The position numbers were made by a program, and so were the translations under genes. A stretch of 64,000 bases of DNA from NCBI GenBank assembly GCA_963786935.1, contig CAWBAN010000003.1, forward strand, positions 1-64,000, given 5' to 3'. Shown one piece after another: positions 29,312 through 40,149 of this stretch. The notes beneath the pieces were generated by a model. It was not told the DNA's origin and ran no database searches. It saw only the letters and a program-made list of their open reading frames with translations. The stretch's first letter is position 1, and every line of letters begins with the position of its first letter. The DNA is from an uncultured bacterium. GTDB lineage: Bacteria; Krumholzibacteriota; Krumholzibacteriia; Krumholzibacteriales; Krumholzibacteriaceae.

Positions 29312-30733
29312 TCAAGCGCGGTCCGACCGCGGCGAGAGCCGGGCCGCCGCCGTGAACACGAGAAGAACCGCGAGGCTCGCGAGCGAGCCCGCGATGAAGC
29401 CGTCGACGCCGAAGGGCTTCTTGAGCCAGGTCCAGACGATCGCCGTGAGGGAGCCGGCGACCATCGACGCGACGACGCCGGTCTTGCTCGCGCCCTTCCA
29501 GTAGAGACCGAAGAGGAGGGGCCAGAAGGTCGTGCTCGCGATGACGGCCCATGCGAAGCCGGTGAGCACGAGAATGAGCGCCGGCGGCTTGAGCGCGATC
29601 ACGAGCGAGACGAGCCCGACGGCGGCGCTCACGACGCGGTTCGCGAAGACCTCCTGCGGGCCGGTCAGCTTCCGCTTGAGGCCGTGCTCGTAGATGTCCG
29701 TGATGAGCGAGCTCGACATGATGATGAGGACGCCGGCGAAGGTGGACATGCCGGCCGCGACGACACCCGCGAGCAGCAGCGCCGCCTGCCACGGCGAGAG
29801 CACCATGGCCACGAGCTTCGGGATCGCGAGGTCGGGATTCTCGAGCCCCGGGATGAGCACGCGGCTGAGCGCGCCGACAAGATACGGAATGACGGCGATC
29901 GAGGCGCCGAGCGTCACGATCACGGCGCCGAGCCGGAGCGTCTTCGTGTCCTTGATGCTGTAGAAGCGGATGATCATCTGCGGCATGCCCCAGACGCCGA
30001 GGCTCACGACGAGCGCGAAGCTGAAGAGCCCCGCCCATCCCCATACGCCCGGCGTGTTCACGTACTGCGGTCCGATCGCGGCGAGCTTCTCCATGCCGGC
30101 GCCGAGCCCGCCGACCGCGCCGAAGGTCTTGAACATGAGGAGGAGGAGGGCGAAGATCATCACCCAGGCCTGGATGAAGCTCGTCCAGACGACCGCCATG
30201 TAGCCGCCGAGCACGACGTAGAAGATGATCACGAGCCCCGAGATGAGCACGCCTCCCCAGTAGGGGAGATCCATGAGCACCTCGAACGAGTTCGCCATGC
30301 CCTTCACGACGCTCACGTTGTAAATGATGAGAAAGAGGAATACGACCGCGGCCGAGTAGATCCCCGCGGCGGGGGAGTTGAAGCGCCGCGCGAAGAACCC
30401 CGACATCGTCCGCACGCCGAGGCGCTCGGTCATCTCGCGCACGCGCTTGCCGAGCACGATCCAGCAGAGGAGGCATCCGACGAGCACGTTGATCGCCCCG
30501 ATCCAGATCGTCGCCATGCCGAACTTGTAGCCGAAGGCCCCGCCGCCGATGATGAGCACCGAGCTGAAATAGACGGCGATGTAGGAGAGGGCCGTGACCC
30601 ACGGGCCGATCGTGCGCCCCCCGAGGATGAAGTCGGAGGCCGATTGCGTCCGGCGGGCGCTCCAGAGGCCGACGCCCATCAGGATCACGACATACAGGAA
30701 GAGAACGGCGATGCACGCCTGCAGCAGTGTCAC
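29312..30733 (-). CDS. Sodium:solute symporter (PutP/PanF-like)
   Basis: DFILGGRTIGPW, YVVLGG..AVVWT..IQ, GMPQ...RFY, AAGMST; about 13 hydrophobic segments. Confidence 0.9.
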   Translation of the reverse strand: MTLLQACIAVLFLYVVILMGVGLWSARRTQSASDFILGGRTIGPWVTALSYIAVYFSSVLIIGGGAFGYKFGMATIWIGAINVLVGCLLCWIVLGKRVREMTERLGVRTMSGFFARRFNSPAAGIYSAAVVFLFLIIYNVSVVKGMANSFEVLMDLPYWGGVLISGLVIIFYVVLGGYMAVVWTSFIQAWVMIFALLLLMFKTFGAVGGLGAGMEKLAAIGPQYVNTPGVWGWAGLFSFALVVSLGVWGMPQMIIRFYSIKDTKTLRLGAVIVTLGASIAVIPYLVGALSRVLIPGLENPDLAIPKLVAMVLSPWQAALLLAGVVAAGMSTFAGVLIIMSSSLITDIYEHGLKRKLTGPQEVFANRVVSAAVGLVSLVIALKPPALILVLTGFAWAVIASTTFWPLLFGLYWKGASKTGVVASMVAGSLTAIVWTWLKKPFGVDGFIAGSLASLAVLLVFTAAARLSPRSDRA

Positions 30734-30755
30734 GGCTTCCCCCTTGTCCGCCCGT

Positions 30756-30872
30756 CTACCGCCGCCGGTCCTTCGCGTCCTCGCGAAGCGCCCAATGGAG
30801 CGCGACGAGAACGCTCGCGCCGGTCACGACGAACGCCAGAAAGGTCATCCACGGAAAATTGAACGGTCCCAT
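30756..30872 (-). CDS. 38-aa single-TM protein, candidate symporter accessory subunit
   Basis: MGPFNFPWMTFLAFVVTGASVLVALHWALREDAKDRRR fills the gap directly upstream of the SSS gene. Confidence 0.6.
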   Translation of the reverse strand: MGPFNFPWMTFLAFVVTGASVLVALHWALREDAKDRRR

Positions 30873-30931
30873 CGATGAGCGCCTTTCGACGCGGGCCGGG
30901 GGCGAATCGCCGCGCCCCCGCCCGCCGTCCG

Positions 30932-32299
30932 CTAGTACTTGAACATGATCTCCCAGCGGAGGAAATGAGCCGGATCGCTTCCGTCGGCGTAGTAATCCCC
31001 CGGCAGGAGGGCTTCCCAGAGAACGTACGCGGAGAGATATTCGTTGAGCGTCCCGGAGAGCTTCATGATCGAGAGGGTCCCGCGATAGCTTCCCGCGCCG
31101 AAGACCGATGTGTTGACGCCGGAAGGAGGCGGCTCGGGCGCCCACATCGGATAGATCTGCTCCTCGAAGGCGACGCGTTTATGGGGCTTCACCTCGAGAG
31201 CGAACCACAGGGATGCGAAATTCTCCCAATACGCCGCGCCCCGCTCCTTCGAAAGGGAGTAGATGTAGAGCTCGCTCCACTTCGGCCAGCGGGAATAGAC
31301 CGGATCCCAGCCCTCGTAGGCATCCGCGCTCCCGGGATCGTCGCCTGAGAGATAGAAGGCTCCGAGGCGGAGCGATGGCGCGCCGCCGACCGGCAGGGCG
31401 TATTTGCCGTAGAGGTAGCCGCCGTATCCGATTCGATCCTGCTCGCCGCGGCCGCCGAGCTGCACGGCCCCCTCGACGGCGAAGGTGAATCGCTCGAAGC
31501 CCTTTCCTGAGACGCGCGCCCCGACCGTGTGGATATCGCTCTCGGGATAGACGCCGTCTCCGTCCTTCTCGTTCTTGTAGAAATAGTACGCCTCGAGCTT
31601 CCGGCCCTCGAACGACTCGTCCGTGTAGTAGAGGCCGGCGCCCGTCTCGTCCCATTCGATCAGAGGCTGATCCTGATCGTTGAAGACGGGGAGATACTCA
31701 TCCTGCTCCGGATCGGAAATGAAATGCGCCTCCAGCCGGCGCTTCTCGAACGCGGCGGTGAGGAGCAGGGCGTTGAAGTACGCCGTGCGCGAGCCGTCGA
31801 GCGGCCCGCCGTCCCAGCAGACGAAGCCCTCGCCGTAGAACAGGTTCTGCCGCCCGAGGACGAAGCCGAACGGCGTGCCGCCGATATTCTTGCCCTCGAT
31901 GTAGAGATTCTCGAAGAGGAGCTCGTGGATCTCGAACGGCTGGTCCTCGAGCCCCTTGTTCGATTTGTACCAGCGCCGGTGCTCGTTGTTGAGCATCGCG
32001 TAGAGCTTCCACTGCGCGGCCGGCGCCCACGAGCCCCAGAGCTGCGACCGCACGCGGAGATAGTTGTAGTCGTCGGCGGCCGCTTCCGAGAAATCGTATA
32101 CGTTCGCCAAATACTCCTGGCGGAGACGGAGACGGAAGCCCCAGTCGAGCGCGCTCGAGGCCTTTTCCTCCGCGGAGAGATCGCTCGATATGAGGCAGAA
32201 CAGCGCGGCGGCGATCGATGCGCGCCGAAACATGCGCGCGGCGGCGCTCGGCGCGCGACGGGGGAATGCGCCTGTCCCCTTCGGCCCGGTGCGGCTCAC
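30932..32299 (-). CDS. Alginate-export (AlgE-like) outer-membrane beta-barrel
   Basis: WGFRLRLRQE, YLRVRSQLW, GRQNLFYGEG, LSGDD, terminal aromatic residue (IMFKY); the start may be 32233. Confidence 0.8.
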   Translation of the reverse strand: MSRTGPKGTGAFPRRAPSAAARMFRRASIAAALFCLISSDLSAEEKASSALDWGFRLRLRQEYLANVYDFSEAAADDYNYLRVRSQLWGSWAPAAQWKLYAMLNNEHRRWYKSNKGLEDQPFEIHELLFENLYIEGKNIGGTPFGFVLGRQNLFYGEGFVCWDGGPLDGSRTAYFNALLLTAAFEKRRLEAHFISDPEQDEYLPVFNDQDQPLIEWDETGAGLYYTDESFEGRKLEAYYFYKNEKDGDGVYPESDIHTVGARVSGKGFERFTFAVEGAVQLGGRGEQDRIGYGGYLYGKYALPVGGAPSLRLGAFYLSGDDPGSADAYEGWDPVYSRWPKWSELYIYSLSKERGAAYWENFASLWFALEVKPHKRVAFEEQIYPMWAPEPPPSGVNTSVFGAGSYRGTLSIMKLSGTLNEYLSAYVLWEALLPGDYYADGSDPAHFLRWEIMFKY

Positions 32300-32454
32300 G
32301 AGAAGCTCCCTTCGAAACCGGGGTTCAGACTTCCGAGAACTCCCCTTTTTTAGAGCAATTTCGGGGGTATGTCAAGACATCCTCTCCTGTGCTACTATCC
32401 GCCGGAATACGATTCGCAGCAGACAGTCCGGCAGATGAATGCAAAGGAGCGGAC

Positions 32455-32880
32455 ATGAAACCGCAGCTACTCGCGCTCGTGGCCGCCGTGGCATGGGGCA
32501 TCGGCGGGTATTTCGAGAAAAAGGGCCTCCAGATGGGCCACCTTTCCGCCCAGATGGGGATCACCATCCGCACGGCCGTGGCGCTCGCGATCCTCGGCGC
32601 CGTGAGCGCGTCCCAGTGGAAGGCCCTCCCGCAGGCCGGCGCGAAGCCCCTCGTCATGATGGCGCTCGGGGGAGGGGTGCTCGCGGGAGCGATCGGCATG
32701 CTGTGCTTCTACGGGGCGCTCAAGGGAGCGCCGCTCGGGCGCGTCATGCCGATCGCCTTCACGTCGCCGCTCTTCGGAGTCATCATGGGAGTGTGGCTCG
32801 GCGGCGAGACGCCCGGCGCGCGCGAGATCGCCGGCGTCGTTCTCACGGTCGGCGGGATCGTGCTGCTGACGGCCCGCTGA
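32455..32880 (+). CDS. EamA/DMT family small transporter
   Basis: Five hydrophobic helices; AWG...FEKKGL, FYGALK..P..RV.PI..TSP, LGGE. Confidence 0.85.
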   Translation: MKPQLLALVAAVAWGIGGYFEKKGLQMGHLSAQMGITIRTAVALAILGAVSASQWKALPQAGAKPLVMMALGGGVLAGAIGMLCFYGALKGAPLGRVMPIAFTSPLFGVIMGVWLGGETPGAREIAGVVLTVGGIVLLTAR

Positions 32881-32890
32881 GGAGGCGCGC

Positions 32891-34168
32891 ATGACGTATG
32901 ACGTGATCGTCGTCGGCGGCGGAGCGGCGGGAATGCTCGCCGCGGGGAGCGCGGCCGAAGCGGGGGCGCGCGTTCTGCTCCTCGAGCGGAACGAGCGTCT
33001 CGGCAGGAAGCTCCGCATCACCGGAGACGGCAGGTGCAATCTGACGAACACCGCCGATATGGAGGCGTTCATACGCAGCTTCGGCGCGAACGGTAGATTT
33101 CTCTACCGGGCGTTTTCCTCGTTTTCGAATCGCGACCTCATCGCGTTCTTCGACGGGCTGGGGGTGGCGACGAAAGAGGAAGAGGGGGGCGCGATATTTC
33201 CGGCGAGCGACCGCGCGGAGAGCGTCGTCGAGGCGCTCGCGCGATACATGAAAAAGCACGGCGTCGAGGTCATGCTGAACGCGCGCGCGTCGGGAATCGC
33301 CGTCGACGCGGCGTCGGGCGCCGTCGCCGGCGTTACGCTCGAGGGACGCGAAGGGACGCTGGGCGCGAAGCGGGTGATACTCGCGACGGGAGGGCTCTCG
33401 TATCCCGCCACCGGCTCGACCGGGGACGGCTACGCGATGGCGAAGGCGCTCGGCCACGCGATCGTGCCGCCGCGCCCCGCGCTCGTTCCGCTCGAGACCG
33501 TCCAATCGTTTCCCGGCCGTCTGCGCGGGGTGTCGCTCGCAAGCGTCGCCGTGACGGCGACGAGCGGCCGGAAACGGATCGCCTCGGAATCGGGGGACCT
33601 CATGTTCACGCATTACGGCGTTTCAGGCCCGGTCGTTCTCGCGCTGAGCGGCGCCGTCGTCGAGCATCTCGACAAAGGCGAGCAGGTCGCCCTCTCCGTC
33701 AATCTGATGCCGGATCTCGACGGACGGGGCGTGGACGATCTCCTTCTCCGGACGTTCGCGCGATCGGGGCGGAAGCAGCTTGCCACGGTGATAGGCGGCC
33801 TCGTGCCGAAAGCGCTCGCGGGCGTTCTCGCCGACGCCGGAGGAATAGCCGCCGACAGGCCGTGCGGCGGGATCACGGCTTCCGAGCGGAAGCGTCTCGT
33901 CGCCCTGCTCTCCGATATGCGGCTCGCCGTGAAGCGGGCGAGACCGATCGCCGAGGCGATCGTCACGCGGGGCGGCGTCGATCTGAAGGAGGTCGACCCC
34001 CGCACGATGGAATCGAAGAAGGTGCGCGGGCTCTCTTTCTGCGGGGAGGTGCTCGACGTCGACGGGCGGACGGGCGGCTTCAACCTGCAGGCGGCGTTCT
34101 CGACGGCGCGCCTCGCCGCGTCGCGCGCCGCCGCGGGGGCGGCGCCGGCGGGCGGCTCCGCGGACTGA
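32891..34168 (+). CDS. HI0933/YhiN(BaiN)-family flavoprotein
   Basis: VVGGGAAGMLAA, GRKLRITGDGRCNLTN, ATGGLSYP.TGSTGDG, FTHYGVSGP, VTRGGV, GEVLDVDG.TGGFNLQ.A. Confidence 0.93.
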   Translation: MTYDVIVVGGGAAGMLAAGSAAEAGARVLLLERNERLGRKLRITGDGRCNLTNTADMEAFIRSFGANGRFLYRAFSSFSNRDLIAFFDGLGVATKEEEGGAIFPASDRAESVVEALARYMKKHGVEVMLNARASGIAVDAASGAVAGVTLEGREGTLGAKRVILATGGLSYPATGSTGDGYAMAKALGHAIVPPRPALVPLETVQSFPGRLRGVSLASVAVTATSGRKRIASESGDLMFTHYGVSGPVVLALSGAVVEHLDKGEQVALSVNLMPDLDGRGVDDLLLRTFARSGRKQLATVIGGLVPKALAGVLADAGGIAADRPCGGITASERKRLVALLSDMRLAVKRARPIAEAIVTRGGVDLKEVDPRTMESKKVRGLSFCGEVLDVDGRTGGFNLQAAFSTARLAASRAAAGAAPAGGSAD

Positions 34169-34174
34169 CGATCG

Positions 34175-34849
34175 CTAGCTCTCGTTGGGCTCCCGGCGGT
34201 GGTGTCGCACGACCTTCGCCTGCACCATGTAGATCACTTCTTCGGCGATGTTCGTCGCATGGTCGCAGATCCGCTCGAGGAATCGCGCGACGAGGAGGAG
34301 CTGGACGGCGCGCGGCACGGTGGCGCAATCCTTCGCCATGTAGTCCTCGATCAGCTCGCGCTGGATCGCGTCCCGCAGCTCGTTGGCCTCCGGCTCGACG
34401 AGCAGGACCTTCCTGGCGAGATCGGCGTCCTCGTTCACGAACGACTCGATCGCCATGCCGATCATCCTCTGGGCCACGGCCGTCATTTTCGGGATGTCCA
34501 CGAGCGGCTTGAGGAGCGGCTTGTCGACGATCTCGAGCGTGCGCTCGGCGATGTCGACGGCGATATCGGCGATCCGCTCCAGCTCGGCGTTGATCTTCAT
34601 GCCCGTCGTGATGAACCGGAGATCCTTCGCCATCGGCTGGAACCGGGCGATCAGATCGATGCATTTGTCGTCGATGACGAGCTCCAGCCGGTCGACGTCA
34701 CGGTCGTTCTCGATGACGCTCTTCGCGAGATCGGCGCTCCGCGTCTTGAGGGCATCGATCGACCTGGCGATGGCGTTCGAGCTGAGCGTTCCCATCCCGG
34801 CGACGCTCTTCTTCAGCTCGTCGAGCTCCGTGTCGAAATAGCGTTCCAT
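34175..34849 (-). CDS. phoU: Phosphate signalling protein PhoU
   Basis: [34 protein letters not shown]; last gene of the pst operon. Confidence 0.95.
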   Translation of the reverse strand: MERYFDTELDELKKSVAGMGTLSSNAIARSIDALKTRSADLAKSVIENDRDVDRLELVIDDKCIDLIARFQPMAKDLRFITTGMKINAELERIADIAVDIAERTLEIVDKPLLKPLVDIPKMTAVAQRMIGMAIESFVNEDADLARKVLLVEPEANELRDAIQRELIEDYMAKDCATVPRAVQLLLVARFLERICDHATNIAEEVIYMVQAKVVRHHRREPNES

Positions 34850-34857
34850 GCCGTCTC

Positions 34858-35621
34858 CTATCCGTATCTTCCGGTGATGTAATCCTCGGTGCGCTTGTCG
34901 CGCGGCGAGGTGAAGATCGCGTCCGTCTTGCCGAACTCGACGAGCTCGCCGAGCAGCATGAACCCCGTGTCGTCGGAGACGCGCGCGGCCTGCTGCATGT
35001 TGTGCGTGACGATGACGATCGTATAGCTCTGCTTGAGCTCGCGCATGAGCTCTTCGATGCGCGCCGTCGCCTGGGGATCGAGCGCCGAGCACGGCTCGTC
35101 CATGAGCAGGACCTCGGGCTTGACGGCGAGGAGCCGCGCGATGCAGAGGCGCTGCTGCTGCTCGAGCGACAGGCGCAGGGCCGACACGCGCAGCTTGTCC
35201 TTGAGATCGTCCCAGAGGAGCACGCTGCGCAGGCTGCTCTCGACGATCGCGTCCATGTCCGCGCGCGGCATGCGCACGCCGTGGATCCGCACGCCGAAGA
35301 CGATGTTCTCGTAGATCGAGAGGGGGAACGGATTGGGCCGCTGGAACACCATGCCGACCTTCTTGCGCAGGGCGACCAGATCGGTGTCCGGCGTCGAGGA
35401 TGTCCGTCTCGTCGATGAGCACCTCGCCCCTCGGCGCGGACGCCGTCGATCAGGTCGTTCATCCGGTTGAAGACGCGCAGGAGCGTCGACTTGCCGCAGC
35501 CGGACGGCCCGATGATCGCGGTGATCCGGTTCGCCTGAAACGCCGCGTTCGACGTCCTTCAGGGCGTGGAAGGCGCCGTACCAGAGGTTGAGTTCGTGCG
35601 TCGACGATCTTCGTCCGTCAT
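34858..35621 (-). CDS. pstB: Phosphate ABC ATPase PstB (downstream copy), frameshifted in its 5' half
   Basis: [26 protein letters not shown], signature [35 protein letters not shown]. Confidence 0.85.
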
Positions 35622-36370
35622 CCGAACTGTCCCCTGATATAGTCGTCGGTGCGCTTGTCCCGCGGCGCGGTGAACATCCTGTCGGTCCGGTCGATCTCGA
35701 CCAGCTCCCCATCAGGAAGAACGCCGTCCGGTCCCCGACCCGCGCCGCCTGCTTGACGTTGTTGGTGACGAGCATCATGCGTGTACCGCTGCTTCAGCTT
35801 CACCATGGCGTCCTCGACCTTCGCCGTGGAGATCGGGTCGAGCCCCGAGCAGGGCTCGTCGAAGAGGATCACCTCGGGCTCGACGGCCAGCGTCCGGGCG
35901 ATGCACAGGCGCTGCTGCTGGCCGCCGGAGAGCTTGAACGCCGACTCCGCAGCCGGTCCTTGACCTCATCCCAGAGATAGGCGCTCCGCAGCGCCTCCTC
36001 CACGCGCTCGGCAGAGCCGTTCGCCGCCGCGGAGGCCGTGCATGCGCAGCCCGTACGCCACGTTCTCGAATATCGAGAGGGGCAGCGGGAGCGGCAGGGC
36101 GAAGACCATGCCGACCTTCCTGCGGAGCGCGCTCGACCTCCATCTTCGCGGACGCTTTTCGCCCTCGAGCTCCACCGCGCCGCTCATCCTGAAGCCGGCT
36201 GCAGGTCGTTCAGGCGGTTGAGCGTCCGGAGGAAGGTCGTCTTGCCGCTGTTCGACGGGCCGATGACGCTCAGGATCTCGTTGGCGAGGACGTCCATGCT
36301 GATGCCCCGCACCGGGCTGGACGGCGCCGAACCAGATGTCGAGCGTCATCGATCTTGAACAGTCTACCAT
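35618..36370 (-). CDS. pstB: Phosphate ABC ATPase PstB-like (upstream copy), multiply frameshifted
   Basis: [73 protein letters not shown], recovered across frames. Confidence 0.8.
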
Positions 36371-37213
36371 TTCTTCTTCTTCCTGAACCGGTATCGAATG
36401 ATGATCGCCACCAGGTTCATGAACAGCACGAGCGCGAGCAGCACGAACGCCGTGCCGTAGCGGATCTTCTCGTCGACGTTCGGCACCTGGGTCGAGATGA
36501 CGTACAGGTGATACGGCAGGGCCATCGCCTGATCGAATATCGACTCCGGCAGCTGCGGCAGGTAAAACGCGGCGACGGTGAAGAGGATCGGGGCCGTCTC
36601 GCCGGCCGCCCGGCCGAGCCCGAGGATCGTGCCCGGTCAGGATGCCCGGGATCGCGTTCGGGCAGGACGATATGCCGGATCGTCTGCCATTTGCTCGCGC
36701 CCAGCGACAGGCTGACCTCGCGGAACGACTGCGGGACGCTCTCGAGCGCTTCGCGGGAGGCCGTGATGATGACCGGCAGGATCATGATGCCGAGCGTGAG
36801 CGAGCCGGAGAGGATCGAGGCGCCGAACTTGAAGAAGACGACGAAGAGCGCGAGGCCGAAGAGGCCGTAGACGACCGACGGCACGCCGGCGAGGTTGACG
36901 ATGGCGAGCTTGATCAGCCGGGTGAGCAGGTTGTCCTTCGCGTATTCGCTCAGGTAGATCGCGGCCAGGAGCCCGATCGGCAGCGCGAAGACGATCGCGC
37001 CCGCCACCAGATAGAGCGTGCCGACGATGGCCGGGAAGATGCCGCCGGCGCGCATGCCCTGCCGCGGGATGTCGGAGAGGAACTGCCAGCGTGATGCGCC
37101 GGAAGCCCCTTCTCGACGATCATGACGACGATGAATCCGACCGGCACGACGATGAGCAGCGTCGCCAGGAACAGGAGGGAGAATGCGATCCGCTGTGTCC
37201 GGTACGGATTCAT
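36364..37213 (-). CDS. pstA: Phosphate ABC permease PstA, frameshifted
   Basis: [45 protein letters not shown]. Confidence 0.85.
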
Positions 37214-37215
37214 GG

Positions 37216-38097
37216 TCACTGCCTCTTGTGCAGGAAGAGGTCCGCCGTCACGTTGATCGCGAAGCTGATGACGAACAGGACGATGCCGATGGCGAAGAGG
37301 GCGAAGTAGTGCTCGCTGCCCATCGACCGCCTCGCCCATCTCCGCGGCGATCGTCGCGGTCAGGGTCCGCACCGGCGCGAGGATGCTCTGCGGGATCACC
37401 GCGGCGTTGCCGGTGATCATCATCACGGCCATCGTCTCGCCGATGACGCGGCCGATGCCGAGCATGACCGCGGCGACGATGCCGCTCGAGGCCGCCGGCA
37501 GCATGACGCGCCAGATCGTCTGCCAGTGGGTCGCGCCCAGGGCGAGCGCCGCCTCCTTGTACGTTCTTCGGGACGGAGTAGAGGGCGTCCTCCGCGATCG
37601 AGACGATCGTCGGCATCGCCATGAACGCGAGCATGATCGAGCCGGAGAGCGCGGTGAGCCCGGTCGGCAGGTGGAAGACGTTCTTCACGAGCGGCACGAG
37701 GGTCACCATGCCGATGAAGCCGAGGACGACGCTCGGGATGGCGGCCAGGAGCTCGATGCCGGCCTTCAGGATCTCCTTGGCCCGTTGCGGCGCGATCTCG
37801 GCGATGTAGATCGCGCAGCCGACGCCGATGGGGATCGAGATGAGCGGCCGCGCCGAGCGTCACGAGCGAGCGAGCCGAGGATGAGCGGCAGGATGCCGAG
37901 CTGCGGCGGCTCGGAGATGGGATACCAGCTTCTTGCCGAAGAGGAAGTCGCCGGGGCTGATCGTCTCGAAGAGGGCGAGCCCCTCCTTGAGCAGAAAGAG
38001 GAAGATCAGGAGCGACGAAGAATATCGAGGCCAGCCCGCAGAGGAGGATCGAGCTTCTCGATGATGAATTCCTTGCAGTCTTCCGCTGCATGGGCAT
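37216..38097 (-). CDS. pstC: Phosphate ABC permease PstC, frameshifted
   Basis: [62 protein letters not shown]. Confidence 0.85.
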
Positions 38098-38963
38098 CGC
38101 TGCTTGCTTTTCACCGGCACGAAATCGGTTTGCCGGACGATCTCCTGGCCTTCCTTGGAGAGCGCGAAATCGATGAAATTCTTAACCAGGCCCTGCGGCG
38201 CGCCGTTGGTATACATGAGCAGCGGCCGCGAGATCGGATACGAGCCGTTCATGACATTCTCGATGGTCGGCGCGACGTACGCGCGACTCGGCGTCCTTGG
38301 CGATCGCCACCGGCTTCTGCTTGGCGGAGATGTAGCCCATGCCGTAGTAGCCGATGGCGTCGGGGTTCCCCGCGACCTCGTCGGCGATCGCCTGGGAGGA
38401 CGAGAGCATGAGCGCGCCGGGCGCGAACTCCTCCTGTGCTGCTCTTGTCGCTCTTCCGCAGCACGTGCTCCTTGAAATAGACGTGCGTGCCGGAGTTGAC
38501 CTCGCGGGACAGGATGACGATCTGCTCGTCCCTGCCGCCGAGCTCTTTCCAGTTCGTGATCTTGCCCGGAGAAGATGCCCGCGAGCTGGTCGATGGTGAG
38601 CTGGTCGACGGGATTGGCCGGATTGACGACGACCGCCAGCCCGTCGAGCGCCACCTTGATCTCGTACGGATGGAACCCCTTCTTCTTGGCGAGCGCGATC
38701 TCCTTTTCCTTGATGTTCCGCGAGCTCATCGCGATGTCGCAGGTGCCGCTGATGAGGCTCGAGAGCCCCGTGCCGGAGCCGCCGCCGGTGACCGCGATGA
38801 AATCGTCGGGGTGCTTCTCCATGTATCTCTCGGCCCACGCCTGGCCGAGATTGACCATCGTGTCGGAGCCCTTGATCTGAATGGCGTTCTTCTGCGACCG
38901 GCTGCAGCCGGCGATCGCGAGGAAGATCAGCAGGAGCAGAGTATTCCGATGCATCGTCTTCAT
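38095..38963 (-). CDS. pstS: Phosphate-binding lipoprotein PstS, frameshifted; 3' end approximate
   Basis: Lipobox IAGC, IKGSDTM, GGGSGTG, DIAMSSR, VALDGLAVVVNP, AIGYYG, YPISRPL. Confidence 0.85.
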
Positions 38964-39083
38964 CGTCGTCGCTTCGAAACGTCGTGGTTCATGCGCGCCC
39001 GGATCCGGCGGCGCCGGCGGCGCGGGCTCCGGAGTTGCCTAGGCTATCCTATCCGGCCGTTCGATGCAAGAGAGCTTTTTTCC

Positions 39084-40073
39084 TCAGGCGCGCAGGCGCT
39101 CCCGCATGCTCTCGACGAGCGGCCTCGAGCCGACGTAGAGGGCGGTCCGGTGGTGGGGGGACTCGGGAACGATATCGAGAATGTCGTTCCCCGCCTCGTC
39201 GATCGCGGCCCCGCCCGCCTCCCGGGCGATGAAGGCGGCGACGTTCGCCTCGTAGAGGAGGCGGAGCTTCCCCTTCGGGCGGTTCTTCTCCGGCCGCGGG
39301 TGGTTCACGATCGCCGGATACATGAACATGCCGCCGTTCGAGAGGAGGCGGTGGAAGTCGCCGGCGAGCGATCCCATGTAGCGGAACGCGTATTTCGATT
39401 CGTTGTCCTCGATCCAGCGCTGGACGCCCGCCGCGAAGGTCCGGCGGTTCCCGGCGTTGAAGGAGAGCTCCCAGGTCTTCGGATCCTCGGGGAGCATCAG
39501 CCGCTCGGAGCCTTCGGGCTTCACGTACGTCATCGTCTCGTCGAGATGGAAGCGGAAGACGCCGGTGTCGGCGAGCGCGAGCGTGAAGACGCCGTTCGGG
39601 ATGAGGAAGATGCCCGCCGCGCGGAGCTCGGCGCCGACGCGCAGGCGGCCGTCCTCGGGCCCCTCGAGGTTCCGTTTCGCGACGGCGAACATGAAGCCGA
39701 CGGGCAGGTTGTGCTTGATGTTGCTCGAGCCGTCGAGCGGATCGTAGTAGATGAAGTAGCGGCCGCCGTCCTCGTTGAGCCGGACCGGCTCCGGCTCCTC
39801 TTCCGTGACGGCGTAGATCACCTGATTCGAGCGCCGCAGGTAATGCAGCACGATCGAGTCGGCGATGTCGTCCATCTTCATCACGGATTCGTCCTGGCAG
39901 TTCACGGCTCCCGCCTCGCCCATCATGTTCTTGAGCGAGCCGGTCTGATAGAAGTACTGGATGTACTTGGCCGCCGTCTGGACCGCCTCGAGGAGGACGA
40001 GGAAGTTGTAGCTCCGATGGTGGCGCTCCTGGTGGTGGAGCATGAAATCCATGAAGCTCTGTTCCAGTTTCAT
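39084..40073 (-). CDS. fbp: Fructose-1,6-bisphosphatase class 1
   Basis: TEEE, DPLDGSSNI, RYMGSLAGDFHRLL..GG.FMYP, GKLRLLYEAN. Confidence 0.95.
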   Translation of the reverse strand: MKLEQSFMDFMLHHQERHHRSYNFLVLLEAVQTAAKYIQYFYQTGSLKNMMGEAGAVNCQDESVMKMDDIADSIVLHYLRRSNQVIYAVTEEEPEPVRLNEDGGRYFIYYDPLDGSSNIKHNLPVGFMFAVAKRNLEGPEDGRLRVGAELRAAGIFLIPNGVFTLALADTGVFRFHLDETMTYVKPEGSERLMLPEDPKTWELSFNAGNRRTFAAGVQRWIEDNESKYAFRYMGSLAGDFHRLLSNGGMFMYPAIVNHPRPEKNRPKGKLRLLYEANVAAFIAREAGGAAIDEAGNDILDIVPESPHHRTALYVGSRPLVESMRERLRA

Positions 40074-40149
40074 GGGTAAATTCCCCTCGTTCGCGCACCG
40101 AAGGACGCGCGGCGCCGCGGGAAGCTCCGCGGCGCCGCACATGCCGGAT

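Noticed and set aside
38964..39083. PHO box upstream of pstS
   Set aside because: No CTGTCAT-like 11-bp direct repeats are visible.
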